This document shows, in pieces, positions 18,681 to 27,936 of a DNA stretch of 64,000 nt (position 1 is its first letter; every line of letters starts with the position of its first letter). The position numbers and the translations under genes are program-made. Source of the DNA: Caulobacteraceae bacterium (GTDB lineage Bacteria > Pseudomonadota > Alphaproteobacteria > Caulobacterales > Caulobacteraceae); NCBI GenBank assembly GCA_036267835.1, contig DATAVF010000130.1:554-64553 (forward strand), given 5' to 3'. Under the pieces are notes generated by a model that saw only the letters and a program-made list of their open reading frames with translations, did not search any database and was not told where the DNA came from.

Positions 18681-20033
18681 TTAAGCCGTCTCTCCAACCA
18701 GCACCGCTGGGACCTCCCGGATAAGCGCCGCCTCCTCGCCCTTGGCGGCCAGCAGGCGGGTCATGGGCTTGCGCAACGCCAGCACGCAGATCGCCGCCAG
18801 CGGGCCGCAGACGGCGGCGACGAGGGCGATGCCCTGGCCGAGGTGGCTGGCCTGGTCGCCCGGGAAGATGTGCGAGGCCAGCACCACGGCGGTCGGGCCG
18901 ATGGCGATGCCGGTCAGCGAGTTGCCGAGCAGGCCGGCGGCCAGGGTCTCGCCGCGCAGCCGCGAGGGCACCGCCCACTGGATCGCGATGAACGGCATCA
19001 CACCGGTGCCCATGATGAACACCATGCCGGCCGCGAAGAAGCCGAGGAAGCCCGCGGCGGTAGGCGCCAGGGCCGAGACGATCACCAGCGGGAAGCCCAG
19101 CAGCAGGCCGGCCGCCAGCACCAGCATCGGCGCGTCGGTGCGGCCTCGCGCGCTCCACATCTCGGCGAGTTTCGGCGAGATCAGCATGCCGGTGATCGAG
19201 GCGGTCATGCTGGCGACGCCAACGGCGATGCCCGCCGCGCCGGCGGCCCAGTGGAACTGGCGCACCAGGTATGTCGGGGCCCAGCCGCCAAGGCCGTAGA
19301 CGATCACCTGGCCGATGGCGGTGGCGATGAACATCAGGAACACCGGCCAGTAGGGCCCGCGAATCCAGGCCAGGGTCAGGCCGGCCGCGGCCGGGGCGGC
19401 GGCTTGTTCGCGGGCCGGCTCGCGGATGGTCAGCGCCAGCACGGCGGCCAGCAACAGGGACGGCGCGCCGACGCCCAGCAGCACTTCCTGCCAGGGCCGC
19501 AGCAGGCCGGTCAGCGGCAGGACGATCGGCGGCAATGCCTCGGCCGCCCCGACCGCCAGCCCGCCGAGGATGTAGGCGCCGGTGGCCCCGAGCGCGCCGA
19601 ACGCCATGTAGACGCTGGTGGCCTGCGCCCGGTCTTCCGGCGGAAACAGGTCGCTGATCAGCGACACGCAGGCCGGCGTCAGCGCCGCCTCGCCGATGGC
19701 GACGCCGATCCGCAGGACGCAGAGCAGCCAGAAGGTGTTCGCGAAGCCCGAGCCCAGGGTGCAGACCCCCCAGATCACCGCCGCGCCCACCACCAGCCAT
19801 TTGCGGTTGCTGACATCGGCCGTGCGGCCGAGCGGCAGGGCCACGACCGCGTAGAAGATGGCGAAGGCCGGGCCCATCAGCAGACTGATCTGGGTGTCAT
19901 CGATGTGCAGGTCGCGGCGCAGCGGTTCGACCAGCAGGCCGAGGATCATGCGATCGACGAAGGCGACCACGTAGAGGGCGCCGAGCAGCCCAACGGCGTA
20001 CCAGCCCCGCCGCACGTTCCAACTGCGTTCCAT
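18681..20033 (-). CDS. MFS transporter
   Basis: ATG at 20033 (MERSWNVRRGWYAVGLLGALYVVAFVDRMILGLL...). About 12 hydrophobic segments. The ORF-track start at 20060 is a TTG. Confidence 0.85.
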   Translation of the reverse strand: MERSWNVRRGWYAVGLLGALYVVAFVDRMILGLLVEPLRRDLHIDDTQISLLMGPAFAIFYAVVALPLGRTADVSNRKWLVVGAAVIWGVCTLGSGFANTFWLLCVLRIGVAIGEAALTPACVSLISDLFPPEDRAQATSVYMAFGALGATGAYILGGLAVGAAEALPPIVLPLTGLLRPWQEVLLGVGAPSLLLAAVLALTIREPAREQAAAPAAAGLTLAWIRGPYWPVFLMFIATAIGQVIVYGLGGWAPTYLVRQFHWAAGAAGIAVGVASMTASITGMLISPKLAEMWSARGRTDAPMLVLAAGLLLGFPLVIVSALAPTAAGFLGFFAAGMVFIMGTGVMPFIAIQWAVPSRLRGETLAAGLLGNSLTGIAIGPTAVVLASHIFPGDQASHLGQGIALVAAVCGPLAAICVLALRKPMTRLLAAKGEEAALIREVPAVLVGETA

Positions 20034-20075
20034 TCCCTCGCCCCATCGTTGGCGACGCAACTGGCCGCGTGGGAG

Positions 20076-20094
20076 AAATATTATACTATTTAAT
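20076..20094. promoter_or_regulatory. AT-rich box AAATATTATACTATTTAAT in the MFS/ACAD divergent region
   Basis: Contains TTATACTAT. Same orientation as the 20182 box. Confidence 0.3.
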
Positions 20095-20181
20095 CGGCGG
20101 CAAACGCTGAAGCGGCGGGCCGAGCGCGCGCCCGCGCCACTTTTCCGCGTGACATCGCCGAAGGGCTAAGCGATATAGGGT

Positions 20182-20195
20182 AATAATTAGACTAT
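20182..20195. promoter_or_regulatory. AT-rich box AATAATTAGACTAT immediately upstream of the first ACAD gene
   Basis: Contains TTAGACTAT and lies 12 nt before the GTG start at 20207. Could be a -10-like element (near-leaderless mRNA) or an operator. Confidence 0.3.
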
Positions 20196-20206
20196 GGGGT
20201 GAAGCG

Positions 20207-21232
20207 GTGCGGGCGATCCTGACCGAAGAGCAGGAGATGCTGAAGGCCACGGCCGGGCGCATCGCCGACTCCGCGGCGGTGACGACGCCGGCCGACCTGG
20301 CGCGGCTGGACCGCGGAGCGGCCTGGGCCGAGCTTGCCGCCGCCGGCCTGCTCGGCATGCGGGTACGCGGCGAGGACGGCGCGCCGATGACCTCCGGCGT
20401 CGAGCTGATGCTGGTGGCGCGCAGCCTGGCCGGTGCGCTTTCGCCGGTCCCCTTCGTCGGCGTCGCCCTGGCGGCCGAGCTGCTGGCCCGCGCCGGCGCC
20501 CCGGACGCCTGGGTGAGCGACATCGCCGAGGGCCATGTGCGCTACGCCGTCCTGCTCAATCCGACCCTCGACGGGCTCGCCGAAGGCGCTGGCGGGGTCT
20601 GCATCGACGCCGAGGACGCGGACTATGGCCTCGCCCTGGCGAAGGACGCCGCGGGCGTCCGGCTCTGCCGGCTGCCGCTGGCCGCCGGCTCGGCGCGCGA
20701 CGGCGTCGACCTGACCCGCCCGATCGCCCTCGTGGACCACGGTTCGCCCGAGCCGATCGGCCGGCCGCTGTCAGAGGCCGACCTGCAGGCCTGGACCGCG
20801 CTGGCCCTCACTCTGGTCTGCGCCGACATCGTGGGCGTGCTCGGCGCCGGCCTGACGCGCGTCGTCGACTACGCCAAGACCCGCATCCAGTACGGCGCGC
20901 CGATCGGCTCGTTCCAGGCGGTGCAGCACATGTGCGCCGAGATGCTGGTCGACACCCAGGCGGCCGCCAGCCTGAGCAACTACGCGGCTTGGTGCGTCGA
21001 CGCCGTGTCGCCCGCCGAGGCCCTGCTCGCGGCCCGCACCGCCAAGGCCTACTGCGCCCCCATGGCCCAGAAGGTCGGCGAGATGCTGATGCAGACCTGG
21101 GGCGGCATCGGCCAGGTGTGGGAGCACGAGGGCCATTTGCGCACCCGCCGCGCCATGTTCGACCGCAAGCTCTTCGGCGACGAGGCCTTCCAGCTGCTGG
21201 CGATCGCGGCCACGCGGATGGAGCGCGCCTGA
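20207..21232 (+). CDS. Acyl-CoA dehydrogenase family protein (short, partner-type subunit)
   Basis: 341 aa, GTG start (V)RAILTEEQEMLK. ACAD C-terminal helical domain pattern (YAKTRIQYGAPIGSFQAVQH). 1-nt stop/start overlap with the next ACAD gene. Confidence 0.8.
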   Translation: MRAILTEEQEMLKATAGRIADSAAVTTPADLARLDRGAAWAELAAAGLLGMRVRGEDGAPMTSGVELMLVARSLAGALSPVPFVGVALAAELLARAGAPDAWVSDIAEGHVRYAVLLNPTLDGLAEGAGGVCIDAEDADYGLALAKDAAGVRLCRLPLAAGSARDGVDLTRPIALVDHGSPEPIGRPLSEADLQAWTALALTLVCADIVGVLGAGLTRVVDYAKTRIQYGAPIGSFQAVQHMCAEMLVDTQAAASLSNYAAWCVDAVSPAEALLAARTAKAYCAPMAQKVGEMLMQTWGGIGQVWEHEGHLRTRRAMFDRKLFGDEAFQLLAIAATRMERA

Positions 21233-22365
21233 TGGATTACTTCGAGACCCCTGACGAAGCCGCCTTCCGCCTCAAGGTGCGCGGCTGGCTGGCCGAGAAC
21301 GCGCCCCGCGACTGGCGCGGCGAGGTGAAGTCCGACGCCGACATGGGGCCGCTGATGCGGCGCTGGCAGCGCACCCTCTACGACGGCGGCTTCGTCGGCC
21401 TGTCGTGGCCGGTGGAGTACGGCGGCCAGGGGCTGGGGCCGACCTACGAGGCCATCCTCAACGACGAACTCGGCAGGGCCGACACGCCGCGCATCTCGTT
21501 CCACAACTACCTGGGCCGCGCCCTCTTCACCTACGGGACCGAGGCGCAGAAGCAGCGCTTCCTGCCGCCGATGCTGCGCGGCGACATCCAGTGGTGCCAG
21601 GGCTTCAGCGAACCCAACGCCGGCTCGGACCTCGCCTCGCTGCGCACCTACGCCGACCTGAAGGGCGACCGCTATGTGGTCAACGGCCAGAAGCTGTGGA
21701 CCAGCGGCGCCCAGCACGCCGACTGGTGCGTGCTGCTGGTGCGCACCGACCGCGAGGTCGCCAAGCACCGCGGCATCAGCTGCCTTCTGACCCCGGTGAA
21801 CGTCCCGGGCGTCACCATCCGACCGATCACCATCTCGGACGGCAATCCCGAGACCTGCGAGATGTTCTTCGACGACGTCGAAGTGCCGGTCGATCAGCGC
21901 ATCGGCGACGAGGGCGCCGGCTGGCGCATCGCCATGACCGTGCTGGCCTTCGAGCGCGGCCCGGCCGACATCGGCCTGATCGCCACCTTCCAGACCGCGC
22001 TGCGCCGGCTCGAAGGCCTGGCGGCCGAGCGCGGCATCGCGGGCGATCCGGAGATCCGCAAAGCGATCTCCCGGGTCTACGTCGTTGGCGAGGCGCTGCG
22101 GCTGAATGTGGTCGAGCAGCTCTCCGAGCGCAGCGCCGGTAAGCCGCCCGGGCCCGAGGGCTCGGTGGCTCGGCTATTGCTGACCCAGGCCGAACAGGCG
22201 CTGCGCGCGCTGGAGCTGGAGATGGCCGGCGCCGCCGCCTTCACCGATCCGGCCGACACCGCCTTCGCCAGCTATCTCCGATCGCGGACGATCAGCATCT
22301 TCGGCGGCACCTCGCAGATTCAGAAAAACATCCTCGCCACTCAGGTGCTCGGGCTGCCGAGATAG
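21232..22365 (+). CDS. Acyl-CoA dehydrogenase
   Basis: ATG at 21232 within ORF 20932..22365 (MDYFETPDEAAFRLKVRGWL). WCQGFSEPNAGSDLASL motif. 377 aa. Confidence 0.9.
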   Translation: MDYFETPDEAAFRLKVRGWLAENAPRDWRGEVKSDADMGPLMRRWQRTLYDGGFVGLSWPVEYGGQGLGPTYEAILNDELGRADTPRISFHNYLGRALFTYGTEAQKQRFLPPMLRGDIQWCQGFSEPNAGSDLASLRTYADLKGDRYVVNGQKLWTSGAQHADWCVLLVRTDREVAKHRGISCLLTPVNVPGVTIRPITISDGNPETCEMFFDDVEVPVDQRIGDEGAGWRIAMTVLAFERGPADIGLIATFQTALRRLEGLAAERGIAGDPEIRKAISRVYVVGEALRLNVVEQLSERSAGKPPGPEGSVARLLLTQAEQALRALELEMAGAAAFTDPADTAFASYLRSRTISIFGGTSQIQKNILATQVLGLPR

Positions 22366-22387
22366 CGACGGGGAGGGAGGACAAGAC

Positions 22388-23530
22388 ATGGATTTTGACT
22401 GGAGCCCGGAGGACGCCGCCTTCCGCAGCGACCTCAAGGCCTTCCTCGAGGCCGAGCTGCCGCCGGACTTCGACGCCTTCGCGATGGATCCGCCGGACCA
22501 GAAGGTGTTCTCCAAGGCCTTCGCCGCCAAGCTGGCCGAGCGCCGCTGGCTGACGCCGGCATGGCCGCGCGAATATGGCGGCCTCGAGCAGTCCGCCTGG
22601 CAGCAGTTGATCCTCAGCGAGGAGATGGTCGCCCACGGCGAGCCCCGCACGGCGCAGTACATGTGCGTCAACTGGGTCGGGCCGGCGCTGATCATGGCCG
22701 GTGACGAAGACCAGAAGGCCTACCACCTGCAGCGCATCAGCCGCGGCGACGTGGTCTGGTGCCAGGGCTTCAGCGAGCCCGGCGCCGGCTCCGACCTCGC
22801 CAACCTGCGCACCAAGGCGGTCTGGGACGGCGACGACTATGTGATCACCGGCGAGAAGGTCTGGACCTCCTACGCCGACACCGCCGACTACTGCTTCTTG
22901 CTGGCCCGCACCGACCCGGAAGCGCGCAAGCACCACGGCATCTCGATCTTCCTGGTGCCGACGAATGCGCCGGGGCTGACCATCAGCGAAATCCCGTCGA
23001 TCTTCCCCAAGGGCGCGTTCAACCAGTGCGTCTTCGACGGGGTGCGGGCGCCGGCGAGCTGGCGGCTGGGGCCGGAAAACGGCGGCTGGCCGATCATCCG
23101 CAAGCTGCTGGTCAACGAACGCGTGGGCGTCGCCCGCTTCCGCCGCGCCAACACCACGCTGGACCGGGTCGCCAAGGCCGCCCGCGAAGCCGGCCTCTTC
23201 GATGACCCGGTGGTCTGCGAGGCGCTGGCCAAGGCGCAGGCGGCCTGCGACGCCGCGCGGGTGCTGATCTACCGGGTCGTCGACCAGCGGGCCAAGCAAC
23301 AGATCCCGGAGGTGACCGCTTACGTCTACCGTGTCGCCACCATCCGGGCCGAGCGGGCGGTCTACGAGGCGACGATGGAGGTGGAAGGCGCGGGCGGCCT
23401 GCTGAGGGGTAGCCACAGCGCCACCCAGGGCTTCCACGCCCTGTCCGCGGGCACGGCGACCGGCACGCTGGAAATGCAGCTCAACCTGATCGCTCGCGAA
23501 GTGATCGGCGCCGCCGCGGCGGGGAGGTGA
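22388..23530 (+). CDS. Acyl-CoA dehydrogenase
   Basis: 380 aa. GGGAGGGAGGA RBS. WCQGFSEPGAGSDLANL motif. Confidence 0.9.
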   Translation: MDFDWSPEDAAFRSDLKAFLEAELPPDFDAFAMDPPDQKVFSKAFAAKLAERRWLTPAWPREYGGLEQSAWQQLILSEEMVAHGEPRTAQYMCVNWVGPALIMAGDEDQKAYHLQRISRGDVVWCQGFSEPGAGSDLANLRTKAVWDGDDYVITGEKVWTSYADTADYCFLLARTDPEARKHHGISIFLVPTNAPGLTISEIPSIFPKGAFNQCVFDGVRAPASWRLGPENGGWPIIRKLLVNERVGVARFRRANTTLDRVAKAAREAGLFDDPVVCEALAKAQAACDAARVLIYRVVDQRAKQQIPEVTAYVYRVATIRAERAVYEATMEVEGAGGLLRGSHSATQGFHALSAGTATGTLEMQLNLIAREVIGAAAAGR

Positions 23531-23534
23531 TCCG

Positions 23535-24461
23535 ATGGACATGGACCTGAACGAGACGCAGAGCGTCATCCACGACGCCTGCAGCAAGCTCTTGGCGCGG
23601 CGCGCCGGGCCGGCCCGGGCGCGGGAGCTGCGCAAGACCGACGACTTCGATCGCCTGCTGATGATCGAGATGGACGAGGCGGGCTTCCTCGACCTGTTCT
23701 ACGAACCGGACGCCGGCCCGCTGGCCGGCGCGCTGATCACCGAGTGGGCGGCCAGCGCGGCGGCCTTGGCGCCGATCGGCGCTCGGGTGCTGGTCGCGCC
23801 ATCGGTGATGGGCGACCGGCTGCCGCTGGTGATCGCGATCGCCGACCGCACCAACCTCGCCGCGGTGCGCTTCGCCGCCGAGGCCGACCTGCTGATCCTG
23901 GTCGATGGCGACGAGGCCAGCGTCGCGGGGCGGGGCGCCTTCGAGGCGACCTCCGTGCGCACCAAGTTCGGCTTCCCCATGGCCAGGGTGGAGAACGTGC
24001 AGGGCACGCCCCTGCTCGCCAGCGCCGGGGCCACGGTGAAGCGCTGGTGGCGAGTCTCCCTCGCCGCCGAGATCGCCGGCGCGGCGCGCTCGGCGGTGGA
24101 CCTGACCATCCGCTACCTGCAGGACCGGGTGCAGTTCGACCGGCCGATCGCCAGCTACCAGGCGATCCAGCACCGGCTGGTCGAATGCCACGTGCTGGCC
24201 GACGCGGCGCAGTGGTCGATGCGCGAAGCGGCGTTCCACGGCGCGCCGGCGGAACTGGCGGCCGGCGCCGCCGTCACCGCCTGCGAGGCGGCGCACCGGC
24301 TGTTCTACGAACTGCACCAGCTGTCGGGAGCCATCGGCTTCACCAGCGAATACGACCTGCACCTCTTCACGATGCGCCTGCAGGCGCTGCGCATCGAGAT
24401 GAACGGGGTGCGCGGCCACGCCCGCGCCCTGGTCGAAGCCCGCTGGCCTGCGGCCGGCTGA
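23535..24461 (+). CDS. Acyl-CoA dehydrogenase family protein (short, partner-type subunit)
   Basis: 308 aa, starts 4 nt after the previous stop. C-terminal ACAD helical pattern (YLQDRVQFDRPIASYQAIQHRL). Confidence 0.8.
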   Translation: MDMDLNETQSVIHDACSKLLARRAGPARARELRKTDDFDRLLMIEMDEAGFLDLFYEPDAGPLAGALITEWAASAAALAPIGARVLVAPSVMGDRLPLVIAIADRTNLAAVRFAAEADLLILVDGDEASVAGRGAFEATSVRTKFGFPMARVENVQGTPLLASAGATVKRWWRVSLAAEIAGAARSAVDLTIRYLQDRVQFDRPIASYQAIQHRLVECHVLADAAQWSMREAAFHGAPAELAAGAAVTACEAAHRLFYELHQLSGAIGFTSEYDLHLFTMRLQALRIEMNGVRGHARALVEARWPAAG

Positions 24462-24474
24462 CGAAAGGCAACCC

Positions 24475-25284
24475 ATGTCACAGTACGACGCCTTCACGAC
24501 CGTGCTCGCCCGCAAGGACGGGCACGTGCTGACCGTCTCCCTGAACCGGCCGGCGCAGCGCAACGCCATCAACGGCGAGGTGCACGAGAGCCTGCGCCAG
24601 ATCCTGGCGCTGGCCGCCGCCGACGAGGACGTGCGCGTCATCGTGCTGCGCGGCGAGGGCAAGGCCTTTTGCGCCGGCGGCGACGTCAACACCATGGCCG
24701 GCGCCGACGATGGCCCCGGTCCCAGCCCGGCGCTGACCGTGCGTTCGACCCTCGATGCGGCGCGCATGGTGGAAATGCTGCTGGGCGTGCCGCAGCCGGT
24801 GGTCTGCGCGGTGCAGGGCTTCGCCATGGGCCTCGGCGCGACGGTCGCCCTGCTCTGCGACGTGGTGGTGATGGCCGAGGACGCCCAGATCGCCGACACC
24901 CACGTCAACATCGGCCTGGTGGCGGGGGACGGCGGCGCGGTGATCTGGCCGCTGCTGGCCTCGCTGGGGGCGGTGAAGTGGCACCTGCTGACCGGCGAGC
25001 GCATCTCCGGCGTCGAGGCCGCGCGCCTCGGCCTGGTGCTGAAGGCCGTCCCCGCCGCAGAGCTCGACGACGCGGCGCAGGCGCTGGCCGCCCGGCTCGC
25101 CCTGGTCGCGCCGCTGGCCGTGCGGGGCACCAAGGAGACGCTCAACCGGGTCATCCGCGAGCGGATCAACCTGCTGCTCGACACCGGCCTGCTGCTCGAG
25201 GGCGCGACCATGGTCAGCGAGGACCACCACGAGGCGGCCAGCGCCTTCCTGGCCAAGCGCCCAGCCGTGTTCAAGGGCCGATGA
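24475..25284 (+). CDS. Enoyl-CoA hydratase/isomerase (crotonase) family protein
   Basis: 269 aa. LNRPAQRNAI...VIVLRGEGKAFCAGGD...GFAMGLG crotonase oxyanion-hole pattern. Confidence 0.9.
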   Translation: MSQYDAFTTVLARKDGHVLTVSLNRPAQRNAINGEVHESLRQILALAAADEDVRVIVLRGEGKAFCAGGDVNTMAGADDGPGPSPALTVRSTLDAARMVEMLLGVPQPVVCAVQGFAMGLGATVALLCDVVVMAEDAQIADTHVNIGLVAGDGGAVIWPLLASLGAVKWHLLTGERISGVEAARLGLVLKAVPAAELDDAAQALAARLALVAPLAVRGTKETLNRVIRERINLLLDTGLLLEGATMVSEDHHEAASAFLAKRPAVFKGR

Positions 25285-27155
25285 GCGTGCTCGCCCCTGG
25301 CTTCGACCGCCTGCTGCAGCCGCGCTCGATCGCCATCATCGGCGCGTCGAACCGCCTGCCCGGCATCGGCGGCTACGTCACCGCCAACGTGGTTCGCGCC
25401 TTCAAGGGGCCGATCTACCCGGTCAATCCCCGCGAGGCTCAGGTGCAGGGCCTGGAGGCCTACGCCGAGATCGGCCACCTGCCGCCGGGAATCGACCTGG
25501 CCATCGTGGTGGTGCCGGTGCGCGGCGTCGCCGAAGTGCTCGAAGCGCTGGCGGCGAAGGGTGTCGGCGGGGTGGTGATCATCACCTCCGGCTTTGCCGA
25601 AGTGGGCGGGCCGGGCATCGCGCTGCAGGCTGAGATCGCCGAGATCCTCGCCCGCACCGGCCTGCGCGCCATCGGGCCCAACTGCATCGGCTACATGAAC
25701 CTCGCCGACGGGGTGATGGCCAACTTCGTGCTCGATCCCACCGACCCGCTGCCCGGCGGGGGGCCGGTGGCGCTGGTCTCGCAGAGCGGCGGCCTCGGCG
25801 GCTACATGGTGCGCAAGGCGCTGACCGCGGGCCTCAACCTCGGCTGGTTCGTCAGCACCGGCAACGAGGTGGACGTCAGCGTCGCGGCGACCCTGCGGGT
25901 GCTGGTCGAGCGCGACGATGTGAAGGTGCTGCTGGGCGCTTTCGAGGGCCTGCGCGACGCGGATGCCTTCGTCGATACCGCCCTGCGCGCCGCCGCACTC
26001 GACAAGCCCTTCGTGGTGCTGAAGGCCGGGCGCTCGGACGCGGCGGCGGCGGCGGCCTTCGCCCATACCGCCTCGGTGGTCGGCTGCGCGGCGACCTTCG
26101 ATGCGGTCTGCCGGCAGTACGGCGTCTTCTCGGTCGGCAGCCTCGAGGAGATGCTAGACCTCGGCGTGATCTTCCAGGGCGGGCGGCGGGCGCGGGGGCG
26201 GCGCGTCGGCATCGTCACCGGCTCCGGGGGCGCCGGGGTGGTCGTGGCTGACGCCTGCGTGCTGGAGGGCTTGCAGGCGCCTGTCCTGCCGGCGGTCGAC
26301 CGCGCCGCGCTCGCCGAGTTGATGCCGCAGCCGTTCATGGGCTCGCTGGCCAATCCGGTGGACGTCACCGCCCAGGTCCTGGGGACCCCGGGGGTGATGG
26401 AAAGCGTGCTGAACGGCGTCTCGGCCAGCGACGGCGTGGACCTGGTCGTGCCGGTGATCATCGGCAATCCGACCCTGCCGGGCATGTACATCCGCGCTCA
26501 CCGCGGCACCGACAAGCCGGTCGCCTTTGTCTCCACCCTCCCGCCGACCAACCTGCTCGATGCCGGCGTGCCCGCCTACACCGACCCGCGCCGCGCGGCG
26601 CGGGCGCTCTCGGCGCTGGCGGATTTCTCGCTGCGCGAGCCGCCGACGCGCCGCGCCCGGGCGCTCGATCCCGGCCGGCGAAACGCGGCGCGCGACCTGC
26701 TGGCCCGCGGCCCGCTTACCGACGCCAAGGCCTTGCTCGGGCTCTACGGGGCGCCGACAGCCCCGGCCGGGGCGATCCCGCGGCTTCGCGCCGAGGCGCA
26801 TGGCGTGCTGACCCGCGACGCGGTGTTCGGCCCGCTGGTCGCCGTCGTTTTCGGCGAGGGCGCCGATGATCCGCATGCGGAGCGGCTGGTGATGCAGGCG
26901 CCGCTGGCGCCCGCCGCGGCCAGCGCCGCGATCGAGGCGCTGCTGGCGCGGCGGCCGCGGCTGGCGCCCGGCCTCGGGCAGGAAGCCGCCGACGCGCTGG
27001 GGCGGCTGGCCTCGGCGCTGGGGGACGCGGCGCTGGAGTTGCCGGAGCTGGATGGGATCGAGGTGGGGCCGATCCAGCTGGTGGGGGCGCGGCTCTGCGC
27101 CGCGCCGGCGCGGGCCCTGGTCATGCAAGCGGCCCCGGCCGTGGAGGAGGTCTGA
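25281..27155 (+). CDS. CoA-binding, ADP-forming acyl-CoA synthetase family protein
   Basis: ATG at 25281 (ATGA overlap with the crotonase stop). PRSIAIIGAS...PVNPRE...DLAIVVVP CoA-binding domain and succinyl-CoA-ligase-like middle domain. The C-terminal ATP-grasp-like part looks short by eye. Confidence 0.75.
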   Translation: MSVLAPGFDRLLQPRSIAIIGASNRLPGIGGYVTANVVRAFKGPIYPVNPREAQVQGLEAYAEIGHLPPGIDLAIVVVPVRGVAEVLEALAAKGVGGVVIITSGFAEVGGPGIALQAEIAEILARTGLRAIGPNCIGYMNLADGVMANFVLDPTDPLPGGGPVALVSQSGGLGGYMVRKALTAGLNLGWFVSTGNEVDVSVAATLRVLVERDDVKVLLGAFEGLRDADAFVDTALRAAALDKPFVVLKAGRSDAAAAAAFAHTASVVGCAATFDAVCRQYGVFSVGSLEEMLDLGVIFQGGRRARGRRVGIVTGSGGAGVVVADACVLEGLQAPVLPAVDRAALAELMPQPFMGSLANPVDVTAQVLGTPGVMESVLNGVSASDGVDLVVPVIIGNPTLPGMYIRAHRGTDKPVAFVSTLPPTNLLDAGVPAYTDPRRAARALSALADFSLREPPTRRARALDPGRRNAARDLLARGPLTDAKALLGLYGAPTAPAGAIPRLRAEAHGVLTRDAVFGPLVAVVFGEGADDPHAERLVMQAPLAPAAASAAIEALLARRPRLAPGLGQEAADALGRLASALGDAALELPELDGIEVGPIQLVGARLCAAPARALVMQAAPAVEEV

Positions 27156-27931
27156 TGCAAGGGGCGGAGGATTTCCTCGGCTTTCCCGAGGGATCGGTGG
27201 CGGTGGTCTCGGGGGTGGCGAGCGGGATCGGCAAGGCGCTGGCCGGGCTGCTGCTGGGGCAGGGGCTGACGGTGATCGGCCTCGACATCGATGAGGCGCG
27301 GCTGGAAGCGCTGGAGTTCGGGCCGCGCTTCACCGCGCGCCGGCACGACACCGGCGACCGCGAGGCGACCAATGCGCTGTTTCCGGCCTTGCACGCGGCG
27401 CACGGGCCGATCGGCTACCTCGCCAACAACGCCGGCCCGCCCAGCTCCCTGCCGCTCACCATCGAGGAGGGCATGGCCAAGACCGCGGGCAGCGTCGAGA
27501 TGATGACTTCGGCCTGGGCCAAACTCGGTCCGCCGCCGGGCGCGGCGGTGGTGAACGTGGCCTCAGTGGCCGGCGTGCTCTCGGGCGGCCCGCCGCCGGC
27601 GGTGATCGCCGGGCGCGGCGGCAACGGTCCAGGCAACGGTTGGTATGGCGCGGGCAAGGCCGCCATCGGGGGGCTGACACGCTTCCAGGCGGTCTCCGCG
27701 GCCGGCCGCTACCGCGCCAACGCCGTGGCCCCCAGCGTGATCGAGACGCCGCGGGTCGGCGACCTTACCCGCGCCGCCTATGGCCAGCTGCTGATCGAGC
27801 GCACGCCGCTGGGCCGGCTCGGTCAGCCGGAGGAGGTGGCGCGGGCCATCGCCTTCCTGCTCAGCCCGGCCGCGTCCTACGTGAACGGAGTCACCCTGGT
27901 TATCGACGGGGGCGGCACCCTGGTGTTCTGA
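27155..27931 (+). CDS. SDR family oxidoreductase
   Basis: 258 aa. VVSGVASGIGKA cofactor motif. YGAGKAA catalytic YxxxK. Confidence 0.85.
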   Translation: MQGAEDFLGFPEGSVAVVSGVASGIGKALAGLLLGQGLTVIGLDIDEARLEALEFGPRFTARRHDTGDREATNALFPALHAAHGPIGYLANNAGPPSSLPLTIEEGMAKTAGSVEMMTSAWAKLGPPPGAAVVNVASVAGVLSGGPPPAVIAGRGGNGPGNGWYGAGKAAIGGLTRFQAVSAAGRYRANAVAPSVIETPRVGDLTRAAYGQLLIERTPLGRLGQPEEVARAIAFLLSPAASYVNGVTLVIDGGGTLVF

Positions 27932-27936
27932 GGCCT

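Noticed and set aside
23481-26066. 861-aa minus-strand ORF
   Set aside because: Antisense to ACAD, crotonase and CoA-ligase genes that carry clear family motifs. Composition typical of a shadow frame.
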